DNA of 64,000 nucleotides from Harriotta raleighana (Eukaryota). Below, one piece after another: positions 37,758 through 49,700 of the stretch. Location of the stretch: NCBI GenBank assembly GCA_050575255.1, contig JBNZDD010013634.1, positions 3,135,538 to 3,199,537 of the forward strand, given 5' to 3'. Position 1 is the first letter of the stretch. Each line of letters starts with the position of its first letter. The translations under genes and the position numbers were made by a program. The notes beneath the pieces are model-generated. The model did not search any database. It was not told where the DNA came from and saw only the letters and a program-made list of their open reading frames with translations.

Positions 37758-39029
37758 GTTAAGAAAGTAGAAGAAATAATCCCTATTTTTCAATGTCAAT
37801 TTTACATTCGTTTCTGAGCAATCATTTTCCAGAGGCAATGGGCGATTCAAAATCAGTTTCAAACCAAGCGTATTTCATCACGAACCAAAGGTATTTTGTG
37901 AGTGCTCAAGAGGGCATTAAACAAAAGGTGCATTTCAAAAAAAAATTGTCAACTCTTTGACTGTGATGATTGAAAACCTAATTACAATTCTGTTCTGTGG
38001 TTCCAGCCTGAGAAACTGGACAATTCTGAATTTTGCTGATTTGTTCAAGTTGAGCTCTCCTGGTGATTCTGCAGCTGTCCACTTAGTTTGTTGTAGGATT
38101 TCCCTCCCTTGCTGGTGGGTTACACCTCTCTTCCTGTAGCGAGCGAGACAGCCTCTCACAAGCTCTCTAATCAGCAGCACTCTCCAAACGCCGCAGTTAA
38201 TTAGTTTCCAGAGTCAGGTATTTCTCACGGAATTAAATGCGAGGCTCAACGAAGAGCCCGTGCTTGAAACCGTTGTCTCCTGTGAGGCTTGTGACCAACG
38301 AGGAAGGAGTGAGAGAGAACAAAGAAGAGAACAGGAGAAAAATATGAAAACAAAATAAGAGCAAGTTACGAGGGCTCGGGTTAAGCAGTTTTTTAAATTA
38401 AAAAAACTTGGGTTACCCAGCGTCTTATTTGGAAGCTAATATTTAATTATTCCAGCTCCCTTCCTCCCATTTGTGGTTCATTCTATGCTTCAGAATTTCT
38501 TTTTGAATTATCCTTTTCATTATTTCGACGTTTCTCCTTTTTACTTTTTTGCTCCCTTCTCCCCTTTTTTCTCTCTCGGTACTTTATCTTTCCTCTTTGC
38601 TCCTCCTGTTTTTGTTTCTTTCTTGCTCTATTCAATTTCCAAGATCCGGGCGCCGTCCATTCATTTCATTTTCTTAGGACTTCTGGACTAAATGCCAGCA
38701 CTGCCTCGATGGTGAAAAGGGACATGTATCGCTCGCGGGCGAGTTGGCAGTTTACCTGCACAGCAATTTTTCTGAATGGATCAATCAGTGAATCTGACAA
38801 TCAGTCAATCAATCAAATCCCTTGAAAAGCAGGAAATATATTAGCCACAATGGTCTGAGAAATTGAGATTTTGTGAGAAAGTGTTGTTTTCACATAGTTC
38901 CTTCCACCTACGTGGGAACCTTTTGGTGTGTGAATGTTTCCTGCGATACCAATGCTCCCTACAGCATGTGCTTGTCTGCTCGAGACAGTTTTTGGTCTGC
39001 AGTTAACGATACTTTTCTTCAAAAGCAAT

Positions 39030-39157
39030 CTTGTGCACAGTTGGCTGCTGTCTTTTATCAACAAAATATACAACCAATTTGCTTTATGATGCTGTAAAGT
39101 GCTTTGCGGGGTATGAACACTATATCAAATGCAACGACTATTATGATTATTATTATC
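39030..39157 (+). mobile_element. SINE 3' half
   Basis: gtgcacagttggctgctg..ctatatcaaatgcaacgactattatg. Confidence 0.75.
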
Positions 39158-39249
39158 AAATTGCACTCTTCCACCCCTCTTACCAAGATCATCCAATCAA
39201 AAGATATGCGAGAGGGAGTAAGAAATTAGGTGAACATTCGGATATAATA

Positions 39250-39310
39250 TAACAACTAAATTATACTTGTAAAGCGCCTTTCACGTCAGGAGGACATCCC
39301 AAGGCGCTGA
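39250..39310 (-). mobile_element. L2 tail fragment (type 2)
   Basis: acaac..aagcgcctttcacgtcaggaggacatcccaaggcgctga. Confidence 0.75.
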
Positions 39311-40281
39311 GTATAAATATAAATATATATTATACATAAATATATTATATATACTTTATGTATAGCTAAGTGGGCTGTTTCCATTCTGTTCTATATAACG
39401 CATTGTAAATCCAAGATAATTTCAGATTTTTTAAAAAGAAATTGGACTGGGGTAGTTTGTAGACTGTTGGAGCTGGGTGAGACTGTCAGTGGTGAGGTGG
39501 GGTGTTCCCTAAGGTCCTTGTACTTGCTGATTTTTTAAAAAAAAATGGCATCTCGCATGTGGCAACAAAAAATGCTGTAATGCATATGAAATATTCATGA
39601 CAGCATTTTACAGAGTAATGTGGGTCTGGAGCTAAAAATAGCTGCTGAGGAAGGGAGTTGTGGGAGCTTGTTAGCTCAGGGCTCAGAGGCTCTGCCTCCC
39701 CGTTTCCTGTCAATGAAATAAAGGTGAAAGGGGACCTGGGCCCATCACTGACTGTCTTCAGTGTGCTCGCCAGAGCCAGTGGTGCAATTTGATTGTGAAA
39801 GTGATTATTACAGCGAGCCACTAAAATCCATACATCTTTTTGAAATTGCTTTCAAACATAAATAATTCATTCGGGCTTGCAAGCCAGGAATTACGACATG
39901 CGAACGGGCCCAAGTCACATGCCTTCAGTCACGCGAGTCTGCTGTGCGTTTCGCACCTCATTCCACTTAAGTGACCATTCATTAATATTTCCAGTCTGTC
40001 TATCTGTCTGCGAGCGAGTTGAACCCAGTTTGTGCAGGTCACTGTACACAAACCTTACAGGGTGCTGATCCATCACTGGTTCTTCACATAAACTATGATT
40101 CAGTCACTTTTTTATTTTACTTTTTGGCTGAAATGACATCGGCTTTATGCCTCTATTTGCTGTGTTTGTAGGTCACACTGTGCTCTTGTAAGACTTGACA
40201 AGCAGAGCTGACCTTCTTGATGGGATATCTGGATCTTTCATTGATGACCCTCTTTGTGCATTGACTCACTGAAGTTAATCT

Positions 40282-40442
40282 AATACAGTCAATTTACTTG
40301 ATAGTATAATAGTAATAATCCTTGCATTTGATATAGCGCTTTTCACATCTTCTAGACGTCTCAAAGTATATTCTGTGAAGCACTTTGAGATGTCTAGAAG
40401 ATGCGAAAAGCACTATATCAAATGCAAGGATTATTATTATTA
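40282..40442 (+). mobile_element. SINE 3' half carrying an antisense SINE-tail insertion (40309-40364), forming an inverted repeat
   Basis: The host sequence acagtcaattt..agtata resumes at agtatattctgtgaag. The insert is the reverse complement of the host's own tail. Confidence 0.85.
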
Positions 40443-40502
40443 ACACCTTGTTTTTTAATATCAGCACAGTATGTACCCAATGTGTTGAAACCCTCCTCTC
40501 CC

Positions 40503-40715
40503 AACATCATCATCAACAACAACAAAATTACACTTGAATAGCGCCCTTCACGTCGGGAGGACGTCCCAAAGCGCTGAACAGTCAGGTCGAGACCCAAGCA
40601 GTGGGGGAGCATCGGGGGTAGGGGGAGGGGGAAGGAGAGTGGGAGAGGGGGAAGAGTTAGGGGGGGAGCCGAAGGCACAATCGAAGAGGAAGGTCTTGAT
40701 ACTGGCTTTGAAGTT
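40503..40715 (-). mobile_element. L2 LINE 3' fragment (type 2) with G-rich UTR
   Basis: (caa)n, gcgcccttcacgtcgggaggacgtcccaaagcgctgaacagtcag and tcgaagaggaaggtcttga. Confidence 0.88.
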
Positions 40716-41535
40716 CTAAACATGTTAAGAACATGCAGAAGCACACAGCACAAAAGCATTATTTAAGCGTTCAAATCTGCTCCTTCCACAGTCCAACTGA
40801 GCCCAACTAGTCACAGGTTTCACATTGCCCACTCTGTTACCGATGCAATGTTCCGCACAGAGACTATCTGGATCCCATAGGCAATCTAATGCAGGTGCAT
40901 CATTGAAACCTGGCCTCTGCAGGCTACATTCCCTTCCAATCCCCCACTCCCTGGATCCAGCAGTGTAGAAATGATTGTGTCCCGTGCTACAGCTGAATAT
41001 ACTGCCAAGCACTTAAACATCTGCTACCTCTTTCTCTGCCAGTTCTGCTCTATCTGTGTGCGGTTGCGTTAGCTGCTACAAACCGCACAATCACTCGCGG
41101 TGGAATTATTTTATCAGATTGTCCTTCCAAGCTGCTCAGCTTTTAGTATGGGGAGCAGAAGGTATACTGCAGTAATGGATCAGCTAGATTCTGTCAAATT
41201 GTGGGTCTTTAAAAACTACTTCTCTTGTTCCACTTTTCGTCCAGTTTGTTCACTCAGCCCCCAGTCAGGATGAACTGCAGCTTGTCTGTAGAAACTTTGT
41301 AATGAAAGCAGTAAGTTCCACTGGAGCAGCAAAGCAAGACATTTTAATTTGTGCTCTGTGAGATAATCCTTGCATTTGATGTGGCGCACATGTAACATCA
41401 AAATGCCTCCACAGCAAATTACTAACAAATGTAGTGACTGTATATTTGTAGGGAAATGCAACAATCGATTTGCTCATGCTCGGTTCCACAAACCATCATC
41501 AATAATCCTTACATTTAGTATGGCGCCCGTTACAT

Positions 41536-41737
41536 AATAATCCTTGCATTTTGATATAGCACTTTTCAAGTCTTCTAGACGTCTCAAAGTGCTTCACAGA
41601 ATATACTGTAACGTGAATTGACTGTATATTCGCCCACAAATGTACAGTCCATTCACTTTACAGTATATTCTGTGAAGCGCTTTGGGACATCGATAAGATG
41701 TGAAAAGCGCTATATCAAAGTGTAAGGATTGTTATTA
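41536..41737. repeat. Head-to-head pair of SINE 3' halves (~95-bp inverted arms, ~8-nt spacer)
   Basis: The left arm is antisense (41536-41630) and the right arm is sense (~41630-41737). The pair is flanked by ttacat on both sides. Confidence 0.9.
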
Positions 41738-41889
41738 TTACATGTTAGACGGACTGACCAGTTTATCTTGGGGGAGAGATTGTTGACCAGGACGGCAGGA
41801 GAAACTCCCTTCTGTTTTTTGCATAGTGCCAGTAGGATCTTTGACATCCACTTGAAACGGCAGACAGGATCTCCAGTGGCAGAGTGCAC

Positions 41890-41927
41890 CCCAGGCAATA
41901 CACTTGAACCCAGGCAATACACTTGAA
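41890..41927 (+). repeat. Perfect 19-bp tandem duplication inside the Deu-SINE
   Basis: cccaggcaatacacttgaa x2. Confidence 0.95.
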
Positions 41928-42499
41928 TGTCAGTCTGGACTGTGAATTCAAAGTCCCCAACATGGGGATCCAACTACCGTGTGTTTGTACAGTTCGGGAG
42001 ATGAAAAGATTTTGAGACTAAAAACAGTCAGCAGCTTTCCAGGGTGAAACCTGTGTGATGTTTCACAATCCTAATCCCCCCCATTCCTCCAGCTATTGTA
42101 TTATTGTATTGTATTTTCATGCAGTCCATTCAAACAATCCATTGCTAAATTGAAGTACTACAGCAGCAATCCTATTCCATTGTCCTCATTACATACTCTA
42201 ATGTGTTTACAACTACTCCAGTTGTTAACACAACAACGAAATTACATTTATAGAGTTAATGTTTTTGCTGCAGTTTTCCAATGAACAAAAATTGTGAGCT
42301 CTTAAAGGAATGACACCACGTTTCAGAAAGCAAATTTTTACTTTTGTTCAAATTAGTCTTCTTTTCACCCTTGGCCTAGCAGTAATTAAATGTATTTGCT
42401 TTTATCAAGGCTGAAAGGGTTTGTTGCAAAGCCGGGTTCCTGCCAGTCTGTGCATCATTTTGAAAGAGAAATATAACTTCCTCTTTGGCTTGGTGTGGG

Positions 42500-42640
42500 C
42501 ATCATAGTATTAAGCCAGGTAGGCTGGGAAGGTCACAGACTAGACCACTGTTCTGTGCTAAATTTGCTGATCTCAGCTGGTTGGTGTGAGGGATGTTAGT
42601 TGATTTCTGGATCTGTAAACTAGAGAGGCATAAATTAAAG
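42500..42640 (+). mobile_element. Old SINE-like repeat, 5' part
   Basis: gggaaggtcacag..ctgtgctaaatttgctgatctcagctgg; related to 7703-7815. Confidence 0.5.
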
Positions 42641-44545
42641 GATTGTTGGATATCCTCCACGATTTCACATTATTAATGTGGGAATGTTGGGTAGGGTATT
42701 GAACTACAGAGGGCATCAGAGCCAAGCAAGATTGAAGATTGTGTCTCCACTCACCATCAACACAAGCACACCTTCCAGCAGGGTTCAGAAGATAGTGAAC
42801 TATAGCAGCAATTCTGATATATTCCCTCTCCCCACCCTCATCGTTAACCCAGGAGATCTGAGGGCAATAGTAGTGCGCCAATTACTGCCCTGTCTGGGAT
42901 CAGTGCAATCAGATCTGCTTTAAGGAACTTCCAGTGTACAGCTATTCAGAACAACAACAGAGTTAACCTGATCCAACCAAAGACTCCACGGGCTGAAGTT
43001 TGCTCTTGATGGTTTCACGCTGTTTAATTTGCTTACTGCTCTAACAAAGAAACCAGAAATAATTATCAGGCCTGCGGAATGTGTTTTAAGGCTTTGTCAG
43101 CAAACATCTCAAGTTAGAAGTTTTTAANCTTGATGGTTTCACGCTGTTTAATTTGCTTACTGCTCTAACAAAGAAACCTGAAATAATTATCAGGCCTGCG
43201 GAATGTGTTTTAAGGCTTTGTCAGCAAACATCTCAAGTTAGAAGTTTTTTTAAAAAATCCAAGCGCACCAAAGGAAGAGTTTTTTTTCTATGTACAGTAT
43301 ATATATATATATAGTGTGAATCAATTCTGAACAACTCTGCAGTTGTAAAATACATTGTAAACTTCAGGAGCCTCCAAACACAGAACCTTTCTGTTACTAG
43401 TGCAAAAAATTTCCCATTGTAAACTGTAACAAGAATTTCCAGTTGGAAAGGCATTTTTATTGTTCAAACACTGTAGATTGATTAAAGTTTAGCTCTTTAT
43501 TGCCGCTGGACTTGCAGGAAGTTGCTCTCGCCTATTCGCATCGTTTTTCGAATCCTTACATCGAAGAAGAAAAAGGAAAAAAATAACTTAGCGATCAATT
43601 AACTTTAATATGAAGGGGTTCAGTTGTATTCTGTATTGTGAAAACTTTGAGGTGGTGATCAATTAGCTGATCAATTGATGCAAGCAGCCATTGTTTGTTT
43701 GCAAAACGCACTCCTCATCAATGAAGTGATGAATTGCAATGTCCAATTAGAGCCCATCGATAAAATTATACTAATTCTGCCAATCTCAAAACAATATTTA
43801 ATTTTTAGCCCCACCGGCTGCACAATGGAGGATGTACATTGTACAGTAGTTTGATTCATGTTAGATTGTACTCAAGTCAGTTGGAATTTCAGATTCCCAC
43901 TGAGAGAAATCCAGTCCCATGTTTTTATATAATACAAAGAATCTCGCTATGTTATGTGGAGGTCAAGGGTAAACTTGCAGCGTACCTTTGGTAAGTGTTA
44001 TTGCTGTTTGATGGCAAGAAGGGACTTGTTTCAACTGATGTGATTCAATTGATGTGATCTGACCCTGTAGAAAATCTGAAGGTTGGGCCTGCCTCAACCC
44101 AGGGAGCATTTGATTTGGTGAAATGAAGTGAGTGGAGACTGAGATTGGAATCAGATTGTCAGCTAACTTCATTCTTGGGCCAGAAAATGAACAATTAAAC
44201 AGTTTAACAAAAGCTTAAACAAGAAATCACCTCTTCATTAACACTCTGACCCAGGAAGGTGGCGATTTGTGGAATCATTACTCTGCTCCGAGCTTCAGGC
44301 ATCCATTGATCAAAATTGTTTTGTACTAATCAATAGTTTAGTCAATTGATTAAGAGTAATAAACAAAGAAAATCCATACGCCAGTAGTCAATTTGCCCAT
44401 TGGTGAAAGGTGGTACATGGTGAAAGATTCATATCGTTCATGTTTAACAGTTTTCCTGAATTTGTTTCATTTTTTTTGTACATAAGCTTTGAGGTTCAAA
44501 ACAATATGAAACAATTGGAAGAGTATTTCTAATACTTCAGCCACA

Positions 44546-44625
44546 CAACAACAACAACAAATTACGTTTGTGCAATGCCTTTCACGTCGGCACAACGTCC
44601 CAAGACGCTGGACAGTCAGGGCAGA
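44546..44625 (-). mobile_element. L2 tail fragment (type 2)
   Basis: (caa)n aattacgtttg..gcctttcacgtcgg..cgtcccaagacgctggacagtcagg. Confidence 0.8.
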
Positions 44626-46519
44626 TAGAATCCCGGAAAGCTGTAGCAGATTTGCTTTGGGTGACCAGAGTGTAGCTAGTCTTACCCATCCCTCAGGTCT
44701 TGCATGAAATGACATATCTTACCACGGTGTGTTAAAGAGTTATTATACACGATCAAATCAAATATAACACGACTCGCAAAACCGTGCCTTAACAGTTGAA
44801 ACTAACTGCTCTGAGCATGATGTGAAAATTAAAAACTCGTAACCAAGGTAATGGAACGTTTTGTTGCATTTTTGAAAAAAAAGCAACAAGCTAATGTGGA
44901 CTTTGATAGAGTAATTCTCCTTAGCTAATAACTTTAACTGTTCTAAGAGACTGTAAAAGTTTGGCAGAAATAGTGGGAGCAATACATGCTTAACATATCT
45001 ATTTTCCGCACAGGTACTGTCAACAAGCAAGTATCCTGCCGTGTCTCTCAGCAAGGACTGTCTCGCCCGCTATTCATTTCAACTTTATTTTATTTCAATT
45101 GTTCTTCAGTTACAACACACTTTTTTAATTAAAAAGTTCATTTTCCTCAAATTTATTTTACCTGCTGAACAGGCACCACAGGAAACCTTTTCAGAGTGAA
45201 TTGATTTTATTGATTGTGGAATGTTCTGCTTCGGTGGGGGGTGGTGGAGGGAAAGAAGTAAAAAAAGAGGTCTAGATATTCTCTTGTTGCTCTCCAAGAT
45301 CTTGTTTCCAACCTTTCACCCCACTGTACTGTACTCACAAGATGCCTTTAATCTTATCACGATTGGTTCGGATCAAGAAAGCTCTTCAGCCCACCCGATC
45401 TCATCCTTCCATCCACCTCCCCACCATCCCTGGAGGTACATCTATTGTGTGCATGTTGGGGAATGCCGGGACTGGTTTGTGCAGCTTGCAGCAATGAATA
45501 ATGGCCATTTGTTTTGAAATTCAGGGTCTTTTTGACCATGGGTCTTTAAAGCAAAAATAAGGAGCCATTTGCCTTTGCCAGGGGAAGTAAGCAAGAGTGA
45601 GGGGAAAATTTAGTGCGTGGGCATGCAAACAAAAAAAATCTGTGACCTTGAAATTGTTAATGACATTTTTTAAGCCATTGAAAGACGTTTAACTGCAAAA
45701 CACTCGGGCTTCTTAATGCAAATCTGTTGTATAATATATTCTCAGACTATTTAAAATCTTTCATATTCCCAGGCTATGATTTGTGTCCTTGATGTTCGGA
45801 AGTCAGTCTTTACACGAGTGTCTTCCAATATATTATTTGCATATCTCCAGTATTGCTTACACCCCACGTAATTAAAACCAATTACTCTGGATTCTGTTCG
45901 ACAAGAATCCATTCCTGCAAACCAGATTGTTCAGGAGACAATGTGTCCTCCATATATCTTCTACATTCACATAATCAAATCTACAACTTCCAAGTTATTT
46001 AATTAGGTTGGAATCGAATTGCGGTTTGCATGCAAATATGTAATGCAGCCGGATGTCTGTATCTGCTTCACTCTTTTCATATGCAGAAATGCAGCTATCG
46101 ATAATAGTAATAATCCTTGCGCCTTATCACGTCTTTGAGACATTTCAAAGCTATACCGTTTTAATTCATTGAATTAGCATTTTGTGCACCTAGTTGGAGA
46201 CCCAAGTCCTAAATTTAAAGGCTGGAAAGAATTTCCAAAGCTGCCGATAATCTTATCACACTCGTGCACAGCTCCTCTGAGTCTGGCTTTTTCTCCGGCT
46301 TCCGAGCTGGCTTGGTGAGTTTGGTTTCCCGGTTAGGGAACGTGTCATGGTTACTTCGATAGGCTGAGCTGTATAGATGATCTATGGAGATCTGTGATCT
46401 CTCTGATGACTTGTTCCTGGGCAGTGTAAATACCACCAAGTCTGTTGAAACAATAGTTGGACAACTCCTCTCAGCTCCCTGCACCTTTGGGCTTTAAGGA
46501 TTGCGTCATTCTGTTTCAC

Positions 46520-46745
46520 AAAGAAAAGGGAGCTTCCCCCAGAGTCTTGTCCAACAATAATAACAGATGAATTGGTTATTTATTCGCCTCTTAACTGTTC
46601 GTGGGACTTTACATAAAATAGTTGCCTTACAGTAAAGTGTTTTTGAGACAATTTGAAGCCCTAATAATAATTAGAATCCTTGCATTTGATATAGCGCCAT
46701 ATCATGTCTCTAAGGATTTCACAGAATATACTGTGAAGTGGATCT
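46520..46745. mobile_element. Deu-SINE 3' fragment (+, 46520-46655) tail-to-tail with a young SINE tail (-, 46673-46745)
   Basis: gggagcttccccc..gtcttgtccaaca..ctgttcgtggga is followed by aatccttgcatttgatatagcgcc..cacagaatatactgt. Confidence 0.7.
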
Positions 46746-49700
46746 AGCTAACATATCTGTACAAATAGAATATTTTTCTCTGTGTCGCACTCCCCGACCC
46801 CCCACCTCTCTCGCAAGCCAGTGAGGTTGTGTATTTTGACCTGGCAGTTTCGTGCAGTACTGGATTCCGTCCACCGAAAGGGATTCCCTGGCCACGTGCC
46901 AACCCCCAGAGAGAGGGGGAGAGAGAGAGAGAAGGAAGTCTGCACAGCACGTAAAGCCAGTGAGTTGTGCAGAGGGTCCAACAGCTGGTTATGAGGGGTG
47001 TTGGCAATGGCCCCACGAGTAGTTTGGCTGCTCTGAGATTGGTGCTGCCAGCGGGGAAGCAATGGCGTACAAAGCGAGAGGAAATGAACGCAAACAGATA
47101 TACTGTACTTTGTTTGTCACTTGAATAAAGTTACTCCAGTATCATTTCAGACTGGCTCTGTGGCTGCGTAGGAGTGAGTGGTCAGTCAACACGAGCGCCT
47201 CTGTTCATCAATCCTGTCATTGTTCATGTGTTTAATATCAGGCATCTGTCAGGGTCTGGGTGGGAGGAGGGCGATTTTCTCCAGGAATTGTGACTGCTGT
47301 TGAAGGTGGTTTGTCTAATGAAGGATAAAGAAATCAAGCAATAAATAGCAGCTAGGACAGAACGGATGAGAGCATTACAGTAATTATAGTTGCCAGTTCG
47401 CCTTGGAGATGGGGCACTGTTTTTGTCAAATACATTTTGATGTGCGTACCTATTTTTAAAAGAAGAAATTGAAGGGGAATTTGGAAGAAATGATCTAATT
47501 ACAACCTGTCAGTAAAAATTCTCCTCATTGTGGAAATTTTAGCATATTTAGTAACGGGGAGGGAGGGTGGGAGGGAAAGGACCCGCTGAAGATGAAGATG
47601 ATTAATTTACAATCTTCTGGTCACTGATTACTCTATGGTTGACTGTAAGGTAAACTATGTGGTTTTAGCTGGTTAGACTCCAGCAACTCTGGGGTTCCCG
47701 AGCATTGGCTGTTGCCGACCTGTGCCTAATAAATTCCGGATAGGCTGAGCAGAAGGAGAGTGGGTATCCCATTCCAACAATCCATCTGTGGAATCTCCAT
47801 GTGTCGGTGGGATGCTTGGACCTATATTTGGTTTGGATAACTCTCAAGTATGGTGATGGGTTTCCGCATGTCTCAGACGTACCCAAACATTGGGGGTGGA
47901 GAGAGTTTATCATCCGTTATCCATTTTATTCAGCTCCCTTATATTCCATGAGGAGGATACCCATTTTCCTATGCTATTGTTACATCTTGTTCAATCAGGT
48001 CGATTTCACTGACCCTTCTGCTTCTATTGTGTTGCATTAACTGCAAATGTGCTACAAAATCAGATAGTTTCCACCACATTTCTAAGGCAACTAAGGTACC
48101 CAGTGCGTGGAGGAGGCAGTGGCTGACAGGCACAGTTTATACGGGATCATATTTCAATGCATGGATTCAGCTTGTGCTGATTAATGAGTATATTTGCCCA
48201 TATTTAGACGTGTGATGATCCCGGGACCCATATTGAAATTCTGGTGCTCCACGTCAGTCCCTCATGTTACAGTGAAGTCAGCTCATTACTTCACTTTGGG
48301 TTGGCCCCAGTACGGGACGATGCAGGTCTGTTTAGCAATTCTCTCGTGGGGTTTTCACACCCACAAACCTGGCAAGAAACTTCAGAGTTCCACAAGGGGT
48401 GAGAGGTGGAGGAAGGCTTAATCCAATCACAAAGAAAGTAAACCATTGGCAGTCAGCACCTCTCAAGCAGTTCCTGCTTTGTGCAGCTTCATCTTATTGT
48501 TCAATGAACTGAGTGATGGTTTGGGTGGTGCTGTTGTTGATGACACCAACATGCTCTGCTGCAGTGAATGATGACGGGACAGCTTGATGTTGTGTTTGGA
48601 TTACGTGAAGCGGCAGCTGATGAAGGACAGAATTACTCTGAGATCTGCGAGGTTGTTCTGGTGGGGAAAGCAGATTAGTCCAAATCCCGAAGTGTCAGCT
48701 GAAGTCTCATCTGCCCCCAGGAGAGGATTCAAAATTAGAAAAGGACAAAATGGTAAATACATCCATAAATAAATATTATTTCACTTTAAAAAAAAAAAGT
48801 TTGCCATTTCTTTCAAAAGATCATATTGAAATGTCAGTGCTTTGTCTGATTTGGTGCTGCTGATAAAAAAAAGCAATTGTGAGAATGATGCGAAAGGGGA
48901 AGAGTAGAGCAAAAGAGAAGGGTCGGATATGCTCGAAAAACTAAATCCAGCCTGGGAATCTGATAACATTCATAAACTAGTTGAACTTCACTATTACAGA
49001 ATAGAAGGGTGTTGCCTAAATCCATTCATGTGTCACCGATGTATGACTCATTCTTTGCTGACAGCAAGAAAGTTTACTAAATAAAGCCTTTGGAATTTTT
49101 TTGATATAAAAAAGAAATATCGCAGTCGCCACATTTCAGGAATCCCCACAGCAATTTTCTATTGTTGGGTTAACCGACATGTCAACGTATTAAAAATTGC
49201 TGAAGCTTGACTGGACTGGCATGTGTGCTGTTTTTTCAAAGGTCTTTGGAGACGTATGGAAACACAAACGCTATATGCAGACTTTTGCAGGAAGCCATGC
49301 TCTCTGCAATATCACAAGTGTGCTATGGGTGAAATAGGCCCTTGGTAATCAATACAGTAAATAAAGAAGAGCCCTATTTAAGAGTATTTTTAGATGTAAT
49401 AAACAAGAACCAACCTTCTGTTGGCTTTGAATAGCAAAACCTCTACCCAATAGCTCCTGACATCTACAGACCGACTTTCATGTATGTTTAACAGTCCCGC
49501 TCTTGAATATGGCTTCAAGCCCTGGAGTTTATTTTATACGACATTAATCAAACTCTTGAAATTCCAGCGCCCTTTATTTCAGTAATTTGCGCAAATGTTC
49601 TGGAGAAATCCATTCCAGTGCAACAAGTCTTTTTGTAGGTGAATTGTTACCCATCACAGTGATTACTCTGCCATTAGAACTACAGCCAGCACTTTTCCAT

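Larger units (their letters stand above)
41363..41970 (-). mobile_element. Old Deu-domain SINE split by nested younger SINE tails (~41500-41750)
   Basis: The tail half 41363-41499 ends at ccacaaacc. The Deu body resumes at ~41752 (gaccagtttatct..ttgaccaggac..gaaactccc..ggatctttgacatccacttga..tgtcagtctgga). Confidence 0.82.
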
